Positions 18,561-28,000 of a stretch of 64,000 nt of DNA are shown here, one piece after another. The position numbers were made by a program, and so were the translations under genes. This stretch comes from a virus: IMG/VR virus record IMGVR_UViG_3300045988_150172; one strand, written 5' to 3'. The stretch's first letter is position 1; each line of letters starts with the position of its first letter. The notes below the pieces were generated by a model. It had not been told where the DNA came from. It did no database searches and saw only the letters and a list, made by a program, of their open reading frames with translations.

Positions 18561-19202
18561 ATGTGGTCTGTTATTTTGAAATTTATTCGTAGAAACTGGA
18601 AGTTAATTGTGATAGCGGTATTGCTTATTGCATTGTTTCTTTCTGTGAAGCGTTCCTATACAATGCGGCAATATTGGCTTAGAGAAAAGGCGAATGTTGA
18701 TGCGTTGACCGCAGACTATATGTTGTCAGAAACTCAAAAGGGTGAAGCCGTTCTTACAATTAAAGAACTTCAATATACAGTAGATGAATTTAAGAAAAGA
18801 CAGGCTGCTGATGCCAAACTCATTAAGGAATTAAAGGTTAAGGCAAGTGAAGTTCGTGAGGTCGTTAAGACCATAACTGAAACAAAAATTGTTTATCGTG
18901 ATTCATTGGTTTTTGTAAATCCACAGAAAACCGTGTTGAGCTGGTCTAAGGATACGGAATGGTGGTCAGTGCATCAGACAATGGATCTAGGTGGTATGCC
19001 GCCTGTTACGGATTTTAATTTACAGGTTAGGGATAGTTTGACACATTTCCTGTATAAAGTTCCTAAATGTAGGTTTTTGGGAATTCGGTGGGGTGTTAAG
19101 GGTTATGAGATTAAAGTGGTTAATCATAATCCTGATTCCAAGATATCTTATGCTAGATGGATATCATTATCTAAGAATAAACGAAAAAGAGATAGAGAAT
19201 AA
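18561..19202 (+). CDS. membrane-anchored coiled-coil protein (holin/spanin-like lysis accessory)
   Basis: 213 aa. N-terminal transmembrane segment WKLIVIAVLLIALFLSV, then a coiled-coil and a basic C-terminus. Confidence 0.45.
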   Translation: MWSVILKFIRRNWKLIVIAVLLIALFLSVKRSYTMRQYWLREKANVDALTADYMLSETQKGEAVLTIKELQYTVDEFKKRQAADAKLIKELKVKASEVREVVKTITETKIVYRDSLVFVNPQKTVLSWSKDTEWWSVHQTMDLGGMPPVTDFNLQVRDSLTHFLYKVPKCRFLGIRWGVKGYEIKVVNHNPDSKISYARWISLSKNKRKRDRE

Positions 19203-21622
19203 TGGCTTCTTTTGTTGTAAAAGATTTTCCAGAGATTGGAGCAGGGTTCACAATTAAGACACAGTCAATTCCATTGGCTGGGCTTTTGTGTGTAATGCGT
19301 ATGGCCAAAACTGATGGTGGCGGCTTGTTTAGGTATTCTCTTGATGGTGGTATTACATACACAGAATGGACTATTGTTGATGAAGATTCACTGTTGGGCT
19401 GCTCAAAGATTGTTGACACATTTGACGTAATTCTGGATTATGTCGTTTCTATGAACGACACCAGTATTGCAACATTGAACAATGAAAGGTTTCAATATAC
19501 GGTTTTTAATAAAACGATATATAAGAATTTCTTTGATGCTAATGATGTTAAGGTTATCGGGTGGGCTTGGAACGTCCTGGAGAAGATGTATATTCATGGG
19601 GTTGTTCCAACATATATTTCTAGAGCCAATGTTGATGATTTTAACTCATTCTTTCTTGCGATAACCCATCTATTTGCGATCATTGTTGTTTATGCAAGGT
19701 GTTATCGTAGGCTGGAGGACAATGATGTTCTTATAAAGACGTTTTTGGAGCAATGGGGTCTTGTTTACGAAACTATTACGACACAACAGGAACGAAACAA
19801 TATATATAGTAACTGGGTAAATGAATTCAGTAAGAGGGGTACTGTTCAGATTGCTGGTGAGGGCACTCCTAATAGCGAATTGCGTAGACTGTTGGGTTAT
19901 ACTAAACCAAGCGAATTTTTATTTTCCATTCTAGAACCGTGTAATATTGGGTGGTGTATAGGATATTCTTCTCCGATGTGGTATGGAACAGAAGCCGTAA
20001 ATGCTGTATCTAAGGGATGGGATTATGGCATTGATTGGTTAAGGGGTGATTCTTCTCGAGGTATCGGTACAGTGTCTGATTATCCTATTGTTGGGTCTTT
20101 GTCCAAGGTTGTGGACAAGGATGGTCTTTCTGTATTTCAGACAGGCGGTTCTGGTGTAAGTGGAATATATTCTTCTGATATTTCCAAGGCAATGGAAATA
20201 TACGATGGGATGGACTATGAGGTTACTGTGTGGGTGAAAGCTTTGTCAGAAGGAAGTCAAAATATTGACTTTGGAGTTAATTGTTTTGGCTTTAATGGTG
20301 AAGCGGTAAAACAGGTCAGCCTTACAGACCTAAAGTTGTCAAACAGTTTTTTAAGTGAAGATGCAGACGGTAACCCTTGCTTAATTCCAAATGTATGGTA
20401 TAGACTTCGTGGTGTTGTTTACAATGTTCTTACTGATAAGGATACAGAGTTATATCTTAACTTTAAGGGTGGTAGGCCGTTAAAATTTGCAAACGGTACA
20501 GCATATTTAGCCCCATATATTGTTCAGGATAGAAGCTCTTCTAATGTTGATATTCAAATTGGTGGGATCTGTTTGAAGCCGCTGTATCTATTTCCTAGAC
20601 ATCAGACATATAATTTGTCCATTGGTGATTCTGTTCCATTATTGATGGATGGGTATCCAATTCAGGAACATTCATGGAAGAATGGTGCTGGGGATAATAT
20701 GGTCACGACAATATCGCCTGTTGGACAGGGTTTTTTAGGTTCAAAGGATGTTGCTGTCATTTATTCTCAAATAAATTCTTCTAGAACTAAAAAGGATATA
20801 GAAGCATTTATTAGGAATAATCTGCTATCCTATAAGGATGTTTTTTGGGGTGCGTGGCTTGACTATATTCGTAGGTCATCTTATTATTTGACTTTTGTTG
20901 TTTGTAAGGAGATAGATGGGAAGCCTATAATAGGTGCTGAAGTTACGCTTGACAATGGTCTTATCGGTGTTACCGATAAAGATGGTTATGTGCGATTTGA
21001 AGTTGAAGCAGGTGTTACTGTTAGATGGGCTGTTAATAAGAAAGGTGTTACCGTTAATGGTGTTGCTCAGGTTTCCAGTGACAAGTTGATTGAAGTTTCA
21101 TTGAACATACCTGTGGACATTAATCTTTCTGTTTATCAGGAAAGTTGGGGTTCCATTCATGTTGATGGGGATTTGAAGCCTAAATCTTCAGTAATCTTAA
21201 CAGCAGAACCGAGCAACGGCTATACATTTAAGTCCTGGGAAGTGAATTATAAGGATTTTGTTCAAAATCCATTGAAATATTTTATTTCTGGGCTAGAGGA
21301 TCCAATTGATGTGCTGGCTATTTTTGAGAGGAACGGTGAATTTGCATTTTCTACACATAGGGTGGAAATTCCATACGATGGTGGTTTTGTTACTGTCGGC
21401 GTGACTTCTTCTAAGAAATGGGCTTTGGATTCAATTACCGAAGAATGGCTATCTGTGAATCCAAAATCAGGTGAAGCGGGAACAACTGACATTTTAATTG
21501 AAATTGGCAGTTCAGAATATGATAAATTCATGGTAAGGTCACAGGATTCTGATGGTTATGAAGAGTTTGTATTAAAAACTGGGGGATCCGTTGGTGATGA
21601 AATGTTTGTTAAAAATAAATAA
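19202..21622 (+). CDS. tail fibre / receptor-binding protein with C-terminal BACON domain
   Basis: 806 aa. Full BACON pattern EIPYDGGFVTVGVTSSKKWALDSITEEWLSVNPKSGEAGTTDILIEIG. Upstream are beta-sandwich-like segments (YEVTVWVKALSEGSQNIDFGVNCFGFNG; SVILTAEPSNGYTFKSWEVN). Confidence 0.7.
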   Translation: MASFVVKDFPEIGAGFTIKTQSIPLAGLLCVMRMAKTDGGGLFRYSLDGGITYTEWTIVDEDSLLGCSKIVDTFDVILDYVVSMNDTSIATLNNERFQYTVFNKTIYKNFFDANDVKVIGWAWNVLEKMYIHGVVPTYISRANVDDFNSFFLAITHLFAIIVVYARCYRRLEDNDVLIKTFLEQWGLVYETITTQQERNNIYSNWVNEFSKRGTVQIAGEGTPNSELRRLLGYTKPSEFLFSILEPCNIGWCIGYSSPMWYGTEAVNAVSKGWDYGIDWLRGDSSRGIGTVSDYPIVGSLSKVVDKDGLSVFQTGGSGVSGIYSSDISKAMEIYDGMDYEVTVWVKALSEGSQNIDFGVNCFGFNGEAVKQVSLTDLKLSNSFLSEDADGNPCLIPNVWYRLRGVVYNVLTDKDTELYLNFKGGRPLKFANGTAYLAPYIVQDRSSSNVDIQIGGICLKPLYLFPRHQTYNLSIGDSVPLLMDGYPIQEHSWKNGAGDNMVTTISPVGQGFLGSKDVAVIYSQINSSRTKKDIEAFIRNNLLSYKDVFWGAWLDYIRRSSYYLTFVVCKEIDGKPIIGAEVTLDNGLIGVTDKDGYVRFEVEAGVTVRWAVNKKGVTVNGVAQVSSDKLIEVSLNIPVDINLSVYQESWGSIHVDGDLKPKSSVILTAEPSNGYTFKSWEVNYKDFVQNPLKYFISGLEDPIDVLAIFERNGEFAFSTHRVEIPYDGGFVTVGVTSSKKWALDSITEEWLSVNPKSGEAGTTDILIEIGSSEYDKFMVRSQDSDGYEEFVLKTGGSVGDEMFVKNK

Positions 21623-21625
21623 TAT

Positions 21626-22504
21626 ATGAGTAGGATTAATATACATAGAGGCACATTTCTGGAGAAGGAAGAACTTAAAAGGATGTTATCCTTCTTGGAA
21701 GATAGAAGCGATGTTTTAGCAATTTTATCTTCATCTATTTCTTATGGTATTGTTTCTCCAGGAGCAGTGGCTGGTAAACCATTTTCGGTTACGATTTCAG
21801 AAACAAAGGATGCGATAGATATTGCTGGGGGTTATATCGTTACGTCAAATAATAAGGTGTTTGAATTGACCAATGTTTCCGCATTTCCAATTCCTATGGA
21901 CAATAAATTTTATTGGCTAAAGGTTACACCTAGTGAATATAATTATGAAAACGGTGTTGTTCAAGTAGATGTTTCGGGAAATGTTTCGGGAAATGTATCA
22001 TTTAAGGGTATTGTTCGAAGCCAATCATCTGGTGTTGCCACTTGTATTCGGTTTGTTAAATCTGATGGGTCTATTCCTAGGAACAGTTATGTTTATCAAG
22101 TGGTAGATATAGTGGATGACAATAATATTGTTCTTTCTGGTGGGCATGTATTTGTTAAGGAATCTGATTTGAAAGTAATTGTATTGGGGAGCATTCCAAT
22201 GGGCGGTCGGTTTACTGATGAACAGTTGGAGGGCTTATATACTTTTACTGGTGTGAATGTAAGTCTTGTTCAAGAACAGGCAGTTGGTCAGGCTCCAGAA
22301 AAAGGTGCTGATGAATTCTATATTGCTAGAATTAAAAACAACGGTGGCGATATTGTATGGAACGATGAACGTCTGGAATTTTGGAAGTTGGGTGTTGGTG
22401 GTGCGCCATCACTACCAGACTATGAAGATTTTGATGTTGTATCTGCTAATGGAACGTATGAATCATACGAGGTTGTGGATGGCGTTGTAAAGGTTGTAAT
22501 TTAG
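21626..22504 (+). CDS. fibre-associated protein
   Basis: 292-aa ORF after the fibre gene. Contains a tandem VSGN VSGN duplication. Confidence 0.45.
   Translation: MSRINIHRGTFLEKEELKRMLSFLEDRSDVLAILSSSISYGIVSPGAVAGKPFSVTISETKDAIDIAGGYIVTSNNKVFELTNVSAFPIPMDNKFYWLKVTPSEYNYENGVVQVDVSGNVSGNVSFKGIVRSQSSGVATCIRFVKSDGSIPRNSYVYQVVDIVDDNNIVLSGGHVFVKESDLKVIVLGSIPMGGRFTDEQLEGLYTFTGVNVSLVQEQAVGQAPEKGADEFYIARIKNNGGDIVWNDERLEFWKLGVGGAPSLPDYEDFDVVSANGTYESYEVVDGVVKVVI
21971..21994 (+). repeat. perfect tandem duplication of a 12-mer (gtttcgggaaat x2)
   Basis: Read directly from the sequence. Encodes VSGNVSGN in frame. Confidence 0.9.
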
Positions 22505-22517
22505 AAAGGAGGTTATA

Positions 22518-23093
22518 ATGCAGTTATATTATACGACCACAACAGGGTATAATGCCATTCAGACAAACCCAAGTAGATCTCTTGGTGGGTTTAAGTCATC
22601 TACGCTTGTCATTAATGATGATTTTTCTAATCTCTTTGATGATGTGTCAATTATGACGGTGCGTAACGCACGCCCAGAATATAGGGCTATTATTTTGAGA
22701 AATGAATTGGTTAATCAAGTTCGTAAGGTAAAAGTGTCCATACAGAATGCACCTGATTCCATTTGTAAATATAAGATGGCTGTTGAATATCTGTCTGTTG
22801 CTGATAAGTATGGAACGAAGAAGATGAGTAATGTACAGTCTTCTCAAAGTAGGCCGTTTTCTGCTCAATTTGTGGATATGTCAGATGGTGTGACACTGGA
22901 TATTGCAGAGACACTTAATTCGGGACAGGAAGTCGGCATCTGGATATGCCGTGAAATTGATAAGGTGAAAGCTAAAGAACAGTATAACAACGTATGTAAG
23001 CCTGATCCAAGTGATCCTACTGGTAGGCGATACATAGCAGTGGAACGATTGACCGAAGAAGCCGTTAATATAGTAATTGACTGGAAAGGGTAG
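22518..23093 (+). CDS. hypothetical protein (last gene of the virion block)
   Basis: 191-aa ORF preceded by AAGGAGG 6 nt upstream of the ATG. Confidence 0.5.
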   Translation: MQLYYTTTTGYNAIQTNPSRSLGGFKSSTLVINDDFSNLFDDVSIMTVRNARPEYRAIILRNELVNQVRKVKVSIQNAPDSICKYKMAVEYLSVADKYGTKKMSNVQSSQSRPFSAQFVDMSDGVTLDIAETLNSGQEVGIWICREIDKVKAKEQYNNVCKPDPSDPTGRRYIAVERLTEEAVNIVIDWKG

Positions 23094-23099
23094 TCAATT

Positions 23100-23124
23100 T
23101 TAAGTTAAAAATGATTTTGTTATG
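23100..23124 (+). promoter_or_regulatory. conserved leader cassette TTAAGTTAAAAATGATTTTGTTATG
   Basis: The 20-mer ttaagttaaaaatgattttg is identical to 35633..35652. The cassette ends in the gene's ATG. Confidence 0.6.
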
Positions 23125-23649
23125 TTATATGATATAGATACATATCAGAACATTGTTCTGACATTATATGATTATCTTCAGAGAAGCGTGAAGAAGATGC
23201 CACGTTCCATAAAGTGGGAAAAATCTTCTCACCAGAAAACGGTTTTGTCCTTTATAAACAGTTTACCTGACACGGCTGGTGTGCAGTTTATTTGGGATTT
23301 TCTTGTTTTTCAGTTTTATATCTATAATTTTCAGGACCAAAAGTTGCGGCCTCTACCTGCTTGGTTTATGGGCAAGGAAGCATGGGAACGGTGGAATTCC
23401 TATGATAGTGGTGCAAGATATCACGCTTTTGAATGGGCAAGCGAACACCATATAGAAAATCCATTGAGGAATGTGAATTATAAAAATGTTGCACAGCATG
23501 TGCTGGAAGCGGAAAGGCTGAGAATGTCTCGTATATCTGGACCGAATTATTGTGGTTTGAAGTATGAGCACCCCTACGATGGTTCTAGTAGAATGTGTAT
23601 GTCATGTCCATTTGTATGGGACTGTGATACTCTTTATGGAGGGAAATGA
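23122..23649 (+). CDS. hypothetical early protein
   Basis: 175-aa ORF. Trp-rich, Cys cluster at the C-terminus (CMSCPFVWDC). Confidence 0.5.
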   Translation: MLYDIDTYQNIVLTLYDYLQRSVKKMPRSIKWEKSSHQKTVLSFINSLPDTAGVQFIWDFLVFQFYIYNFQDQKLRPLPAWFMGKEAWERWNSYDSGARYHAFEWASEHHIENPLRNVNYKNVAQHVLEAERLRMSRISGPNYCGLKYEHPYDGSSRMCMSCPFVWDCDTLYGGK

Positions 23650-23650
23650 T

Positions 23651-24046
23651 ATGGGTGTAAAGGGGGTGTGTCGTAGGTGTGGTCGTGAGACTGTAATAGT
23701 TAATAGAACGCACTGTTTGTGTGATTCATGCAACTATAGACGTCTGCACAATGGGCTGTCTCGTTTAGAATATAAGCTTGCAGTAAAAAGACCATCAAGC
23801 CAAACACGAAGGAAGTGTACTGGTGAAGCAGAACTTTTTAAGGAAATATGGGCAGAACGTGCACATATCTGTTCACATTGTGGTAGGCAGCTCTCCTCTC
23901 CTATGCGAGTAGGTTATTTTAGTCATATTCATTCTAAGGGTGCTAGACCTGATTTGCGACTTTGTAAGGACAATGTAGAGTTATTATGTCTTGAATGCCA
24001 CGCAAGGCATGAATTTGGGTTTAATTATGAAAGAGATTCTCGTTAA
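23651..24046 (+). CDS. HNH-type endonuclease
   Basis: Internal ATG of the 23564 ORF. CRRCGRE..CLCDSC and CSHCGRQL..HIHSKG..N..LLCLECH give Zn-ribbon pairs flanking an H-N-H arrangement. Confidence 0.6.
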   Translation: MGVKGVCRRCGRETVIVNRTHCLCDSCNYRRLHNGLSRLEYKLAVKRPSSQTRRKCTGEAELFKEIWAERAHICSHCGRQLSSPMRVGYFSHIHSKGARPDLRLCKDNVELLCLECHARHEFGFNYERDSR

Positions 24047-24416
24047 ATTAAAATTATTGTCGGATGCTTTAGGTATAAGCTCCGTATCTTCTGAAGTTGA
24101 TAAACTTATTCTTCAGGAACAGCAAATAACAGAATTGCATGTCTTACGATTATTCAGTGAACTGTTGAACGCATTATCCACTAGAAGTAAAAGGGTGATG
24201 CACTTTAGGGATAGGACAGGTCAGATTCTTTCCAAGGCTTTTATTATAATGTTTCGTAAGAGCGAAACTGTTGAAGGAGAACCTACGATTATTATAAATG
24301 ATTTTGGTGCTGGGCTAAAGGCTGAAAATAATCCCGTTATAGAGTTGGAGCTTGTATATGACGATATTGATGTGCGTGATGAGGATTTTGATACGTTATT
24401 ATTAATGAAAAATTAA
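24027..24416 (+). CDS. hypothetical protein
   Basis: Start chosen at the third ATG of the 23991 ORF to minimise overlap with the HNH gene. No motif. Confidence 0.4.
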   Translation: MKEILVKLKLLSDALGISSVSSEVDKLILQEQQITELHVLRLFSELLNALSTRSKRVMHFRDRTGQILSKAFIIMFRKSETVEGEPTIIINDFGAGLKAENNPVIELELVYDDIDVRDEDFDTLLLMKN

Positions 24417-24433
24417 AAATGATTTTGCTATGA
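24413..24433 (+). promoter_or_regulatory. leader cassette TTAAAAATGATTTTGCTATGA (mini-ORF MILL* overlapping the start codon)
   Basis: The mini-ORF atg att ttg cta tga spans 24419..24433. The gene's ATG is at 24430, giving an ATGA overlap. Confidence 0.6.
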
Positions 24434-25089
24434 ATTCTACAATCAAGTATATAATCGTTGGTGATAGTGAAACTGGTGGGCTTCCTGATAAGGGTAAAAA
24501 GGCATTCTATGATATTGCTTTATGTGAATTTGCCTTTGTTGTTATAGATATTCAGGAAATGAAAGTGGTAGAAGAATGGAGTACACTTTTTAGACCTTAT
24601 AAGGACAATCTTGAATATAATCCAAAAGCACTTGAAGTTAATGGGCTTACACTTGAGCAGCTTCGGGAAAGCGGTGATGATGTTAAGAATATCTACAAAG
24701 AGATGGTTTCCTTGTTCAAGAAGTATAAGAATCCTCGTATTGGTGCTGTGCTTGCTGGGCATAATTTCCAACCATTTGATATGCCATTTCTTATTAACAT
24801 GTTTGAATTCTGTGGTGATAATATTTGGAATTATACTACATTTGTTGAAGACACCATGAAATTGGCTTGGTATCGTGCTACAGAACAGGAGAACTATAAG
24901 CTGGGAACATGCTGTCGTATGGAGGGGGTTGATCTAGTTGATGCCCATCGTGCCCTTGCTGATACAAAAGCGAATGCACTGTTACTTTTGAAATATATTT
25001 CTTATTTGCGTGGTTCAGGTGAAGAGTCAACTGTTGCGGCTCCAAGGATGAAGCCTTCATCATTTAGAGAAACATTTCAACTTGTATAA
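24430..25089 (+). CDS. DEDDh 3'-5' exonuclease (DnaQ/epsilon-like)
   Basis: IVGDSETGGL (ExoI DxE), LAGHNFQPFDMPFL (ExoII), HRALADTKA (ExoIII H..x..D). Confidence 0.8.
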   Translation: MNSTIKYIIVGDSETGGLPDKGKKAFYDIALCEFAFVVIDIQEMKVVEEWSTLFRPYKDNLEYNPKALEVNGLTLEQLRESGDDVKNIYKEMVSLFKKYKNPRIGAVLAGHNFQPFDMPFLINMFEFCGDNIWNYTTFVEDTMKLAWYRATEQENYKLGTCCRMEGVDLVDAHRALADTKANALLLLKYISYLRGSGEESTVAAPRMKPSSFRETFQLV

Positions 25090-25091
25090 TA

Positions 25092-28000
25092 ATGATTCAG
25101 TTCAATGAAAATAATAAACTTTCTTTTCGGCAGCTGGATAGCATTATAGATACAGCAATAAGAATCATTCAGGATCTTCCTATAAAGGCAGTAAACCAGT
25201 TGATGGAAGCTTATAAGGGGGATCAGGATGCTATGTTGTCAGAAATATTTAGGCAGACGGAAAATGTCTTGAAATTGAACACCACATTAGAGACAGAACG
25301 CCTTTCCTATGTGGATCAGCTAACAGAAAGTATGGATGATTCCCTAAAGATAATGTCCTATAATTATTTTAAGACAACCATGCTTCCTAACTTTAGACAG
25401 GGGTGGAGGAATCTCGAGTGGGGGAATATGATACAGCTTTACCCAAACAGTGGCTATCTTGCCGCACGTTCTCACGGTAAATGTTTTTTGGCTGGTACAC
25501 ATATTCTTATGGCTGACTGGACTGTAAAGAATGTGGAAGACATCTATCCAGGGATGGAGGTAATGGGTATGGACTTCACACCAAGGAAAGTTCTTACTCG
25601 ACACATTGGTGCAGCTCAGATGTTTACAGTACATCAGGAGAATGGTGTTTCCTATACTGTGAACAGGTTTCACATTCTCTGTTTATGGGACACTAAAAGG
25701 AAGCATTATGTTGAAATTCCAATTGGTAATTTTCTAAAATATCCACAGGAAAAACAGAATAGATTTAGAGGGTACAGAGTGTTTTCAAGTGCCAAGCCAA
25801 TATTGGAATATTCACCAATAACAGTTGAGCCGTATGGTTATGGCTCCTATTATGGATTTGCCTGTGATGGTGATCACAAGTTTCTTCTGGAGGATAATAC
25901 TGTGGTGCATAATTCCTATGAATTTTGCATGGCGTTTCCCCTCTGGAGAATGTATTCTTATCGTAGGCCTAATTTTATGAAGCCTGACATACCGGATAAT
26001 ACCAATAGAAAAGAAACATGTATCATAACAAATACGGAAACTCTAGGTAAGGAGCATCTTGATAAGGTTAAGGAGGAGATTCATTCAAATGAAGCTCTTA
26101 CGGCTGTTCTTAATCCAAATGGTAAGGCTTCTCTTGGTGCTACTGGTTTTGAATGCGAAAATGGAACCAAATTGCATCTTAGAGGAAAGGATGGGTTTAT
26201 TCGAGGTCTTCACGTTGGGGCTGCTGTGTCTGATGACTTGCCTGATGAAAGTTCTATTTATTCCCTGGAACAGAGAGAAAAATTGAAGGACTTGTTCAAG
26301 GGTGCGATCACACCTATTGTGGAGCCGTATGGCTATAATATCGTGGATGGCTGTGTTACGCCTGATACACTTGTGTTGACGGCTGATGGCATTAAGGAAA
26401 TTGGGCGGCTTGCGCCTGTTGGTCTTGATTCCGAGCGTGGCTATTATGACTGGAATGGTCAGACATATAATGGTCAGAATCTGGAGGAAGTATCCTCCTA
26501 TTATGTGAATGGGAATACTGAGACCATTCGTGTGATACTTGATAGAGGGCTTGAACTGGAGACAAGCCATGTTCACCCAGTGCTTGTGTGTGATGTGGAT
26601 GGTCGATTTGTGTGGCGCAAATGTGAGGATCTTTCCGTTGGTGATTATGTGGCTGTAAAGATTGGTGCTGATGTATGGGGTAAGCCGTTGAATATTGACA
26701 GAGAGGAACTTTATCAGATGGGAATGTGTGTGGCTGATGGTTGCTTGAGTGGTGAACGAATAACGATAGCCAAAAAGGTTGACGGAATACGAAAGCATTT
26801 TATTGATGAACAGGGCTGGCATCCTGTAAAGGGTACTACTCACGATGATATTCACTTTAGGTGGTATAAGCAGGAGAAACGTGAGCTTTGGCATTCGTTT
26901 GGCTATGAATATGGCCTGTATAGTCACACTAAATATATCCCAGAGAAAGTGCTTTCAGCTTCCAAGGCTGATTTGTGTGCCTTTTTGTCTGGGTATTTTG
27001 ATGGTGATGGCTGTTTAACAAGGAATGATAGAGGTCGCTATCATATTAGCTGTTTTTCAGTGAGCAAGCGGTTAATTCAGCAGATTCAGTTCGTACTTTT
27101 GAATATGGGTATAGTTTCACACGTTACCTATAAGAAGTGTCAATCCACTGAAAAGGTCAAGACGGATAGAATGGGTTATTTATTGCGTATATCTTCACAG
27201 AATATGATTCAGAAGTTTATGCGTGAGATTGGCTTTCCTTATTCAGGCAAGGCAGACAAGTATGTTGATTCAGAAGTTAAGGTGAACAATGTCTGTCAAT
27301 ACGGTGTACCTTATCAGCGTGATTTGTTTAAGAGGATAAGAAAGCAGATTCATTTGACTGATGAAGATAGGAAGCGATTTGGGCTGGAATCATTTAAGAC
27401 ACAGAATAGAACGAAAATATCTATCTATACTGTGGGCGAGATGCAGAAACTGGCTGAGTGGGTTGAAAATTCAGGGTTATGTAATGAGGACACTTCCATC
27501 TTTTTGAGTAACGCAAAATTAGGATATGTTTTCTTGCCTGTGAAGCGGTTGGAACAGGGGCAGAGTGTTACTGTTGATTTTTCAATGCAGGAGACGCACT
27601 CCTTTGTTTCTAATGGAATTATTTCTCACAACACCCCATATTCTGAGAGAGACCTTTATTATGAACTGAAACAGGATCCTAAATTTAAGGTTTTTGAGTA
27701 CCCAGCTATATTTCCTGATGGTAGGCTTCTTGCTCCTGATAGATTTACATTTGATAAGCTAATGGAGGAAAAGAAGTCTGTGGGTACACTGGTGTTCAGC
27801 CGTGAGTATCTTGTTGTTCCTATTTCTGATGATGCCACCATTTTTCCGATGGAAATACTTATGCGAAGCACAATAGGAATGGAGAATGTGCGACTTGTGG
27901 ATAACATTGAGTCATTTCCGTTTAAGTTGTCTAGAGTGGTTGTAGGGTGTGACTTTGCTATATCAGGAAATGTAGGTGCGGATTATACCTGTTACACTGT

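Noticed and set aside
26085-26927. A 280-aa ORF on the minus strand inside the terminase intein.
   Set aside because: It is exactly antisense to a well-supported coding region (the LAGLIDADG intein). Its translation is low-complexity and Ile/Phe/Lys-rich with no motif, and there is no promoter box or plausible start context. The same reasoning applies to the other long antisense ORFs (3917..4444, 32080..32463, 39286..39675, 52840..53280, 55109..55558, 58795..59241).
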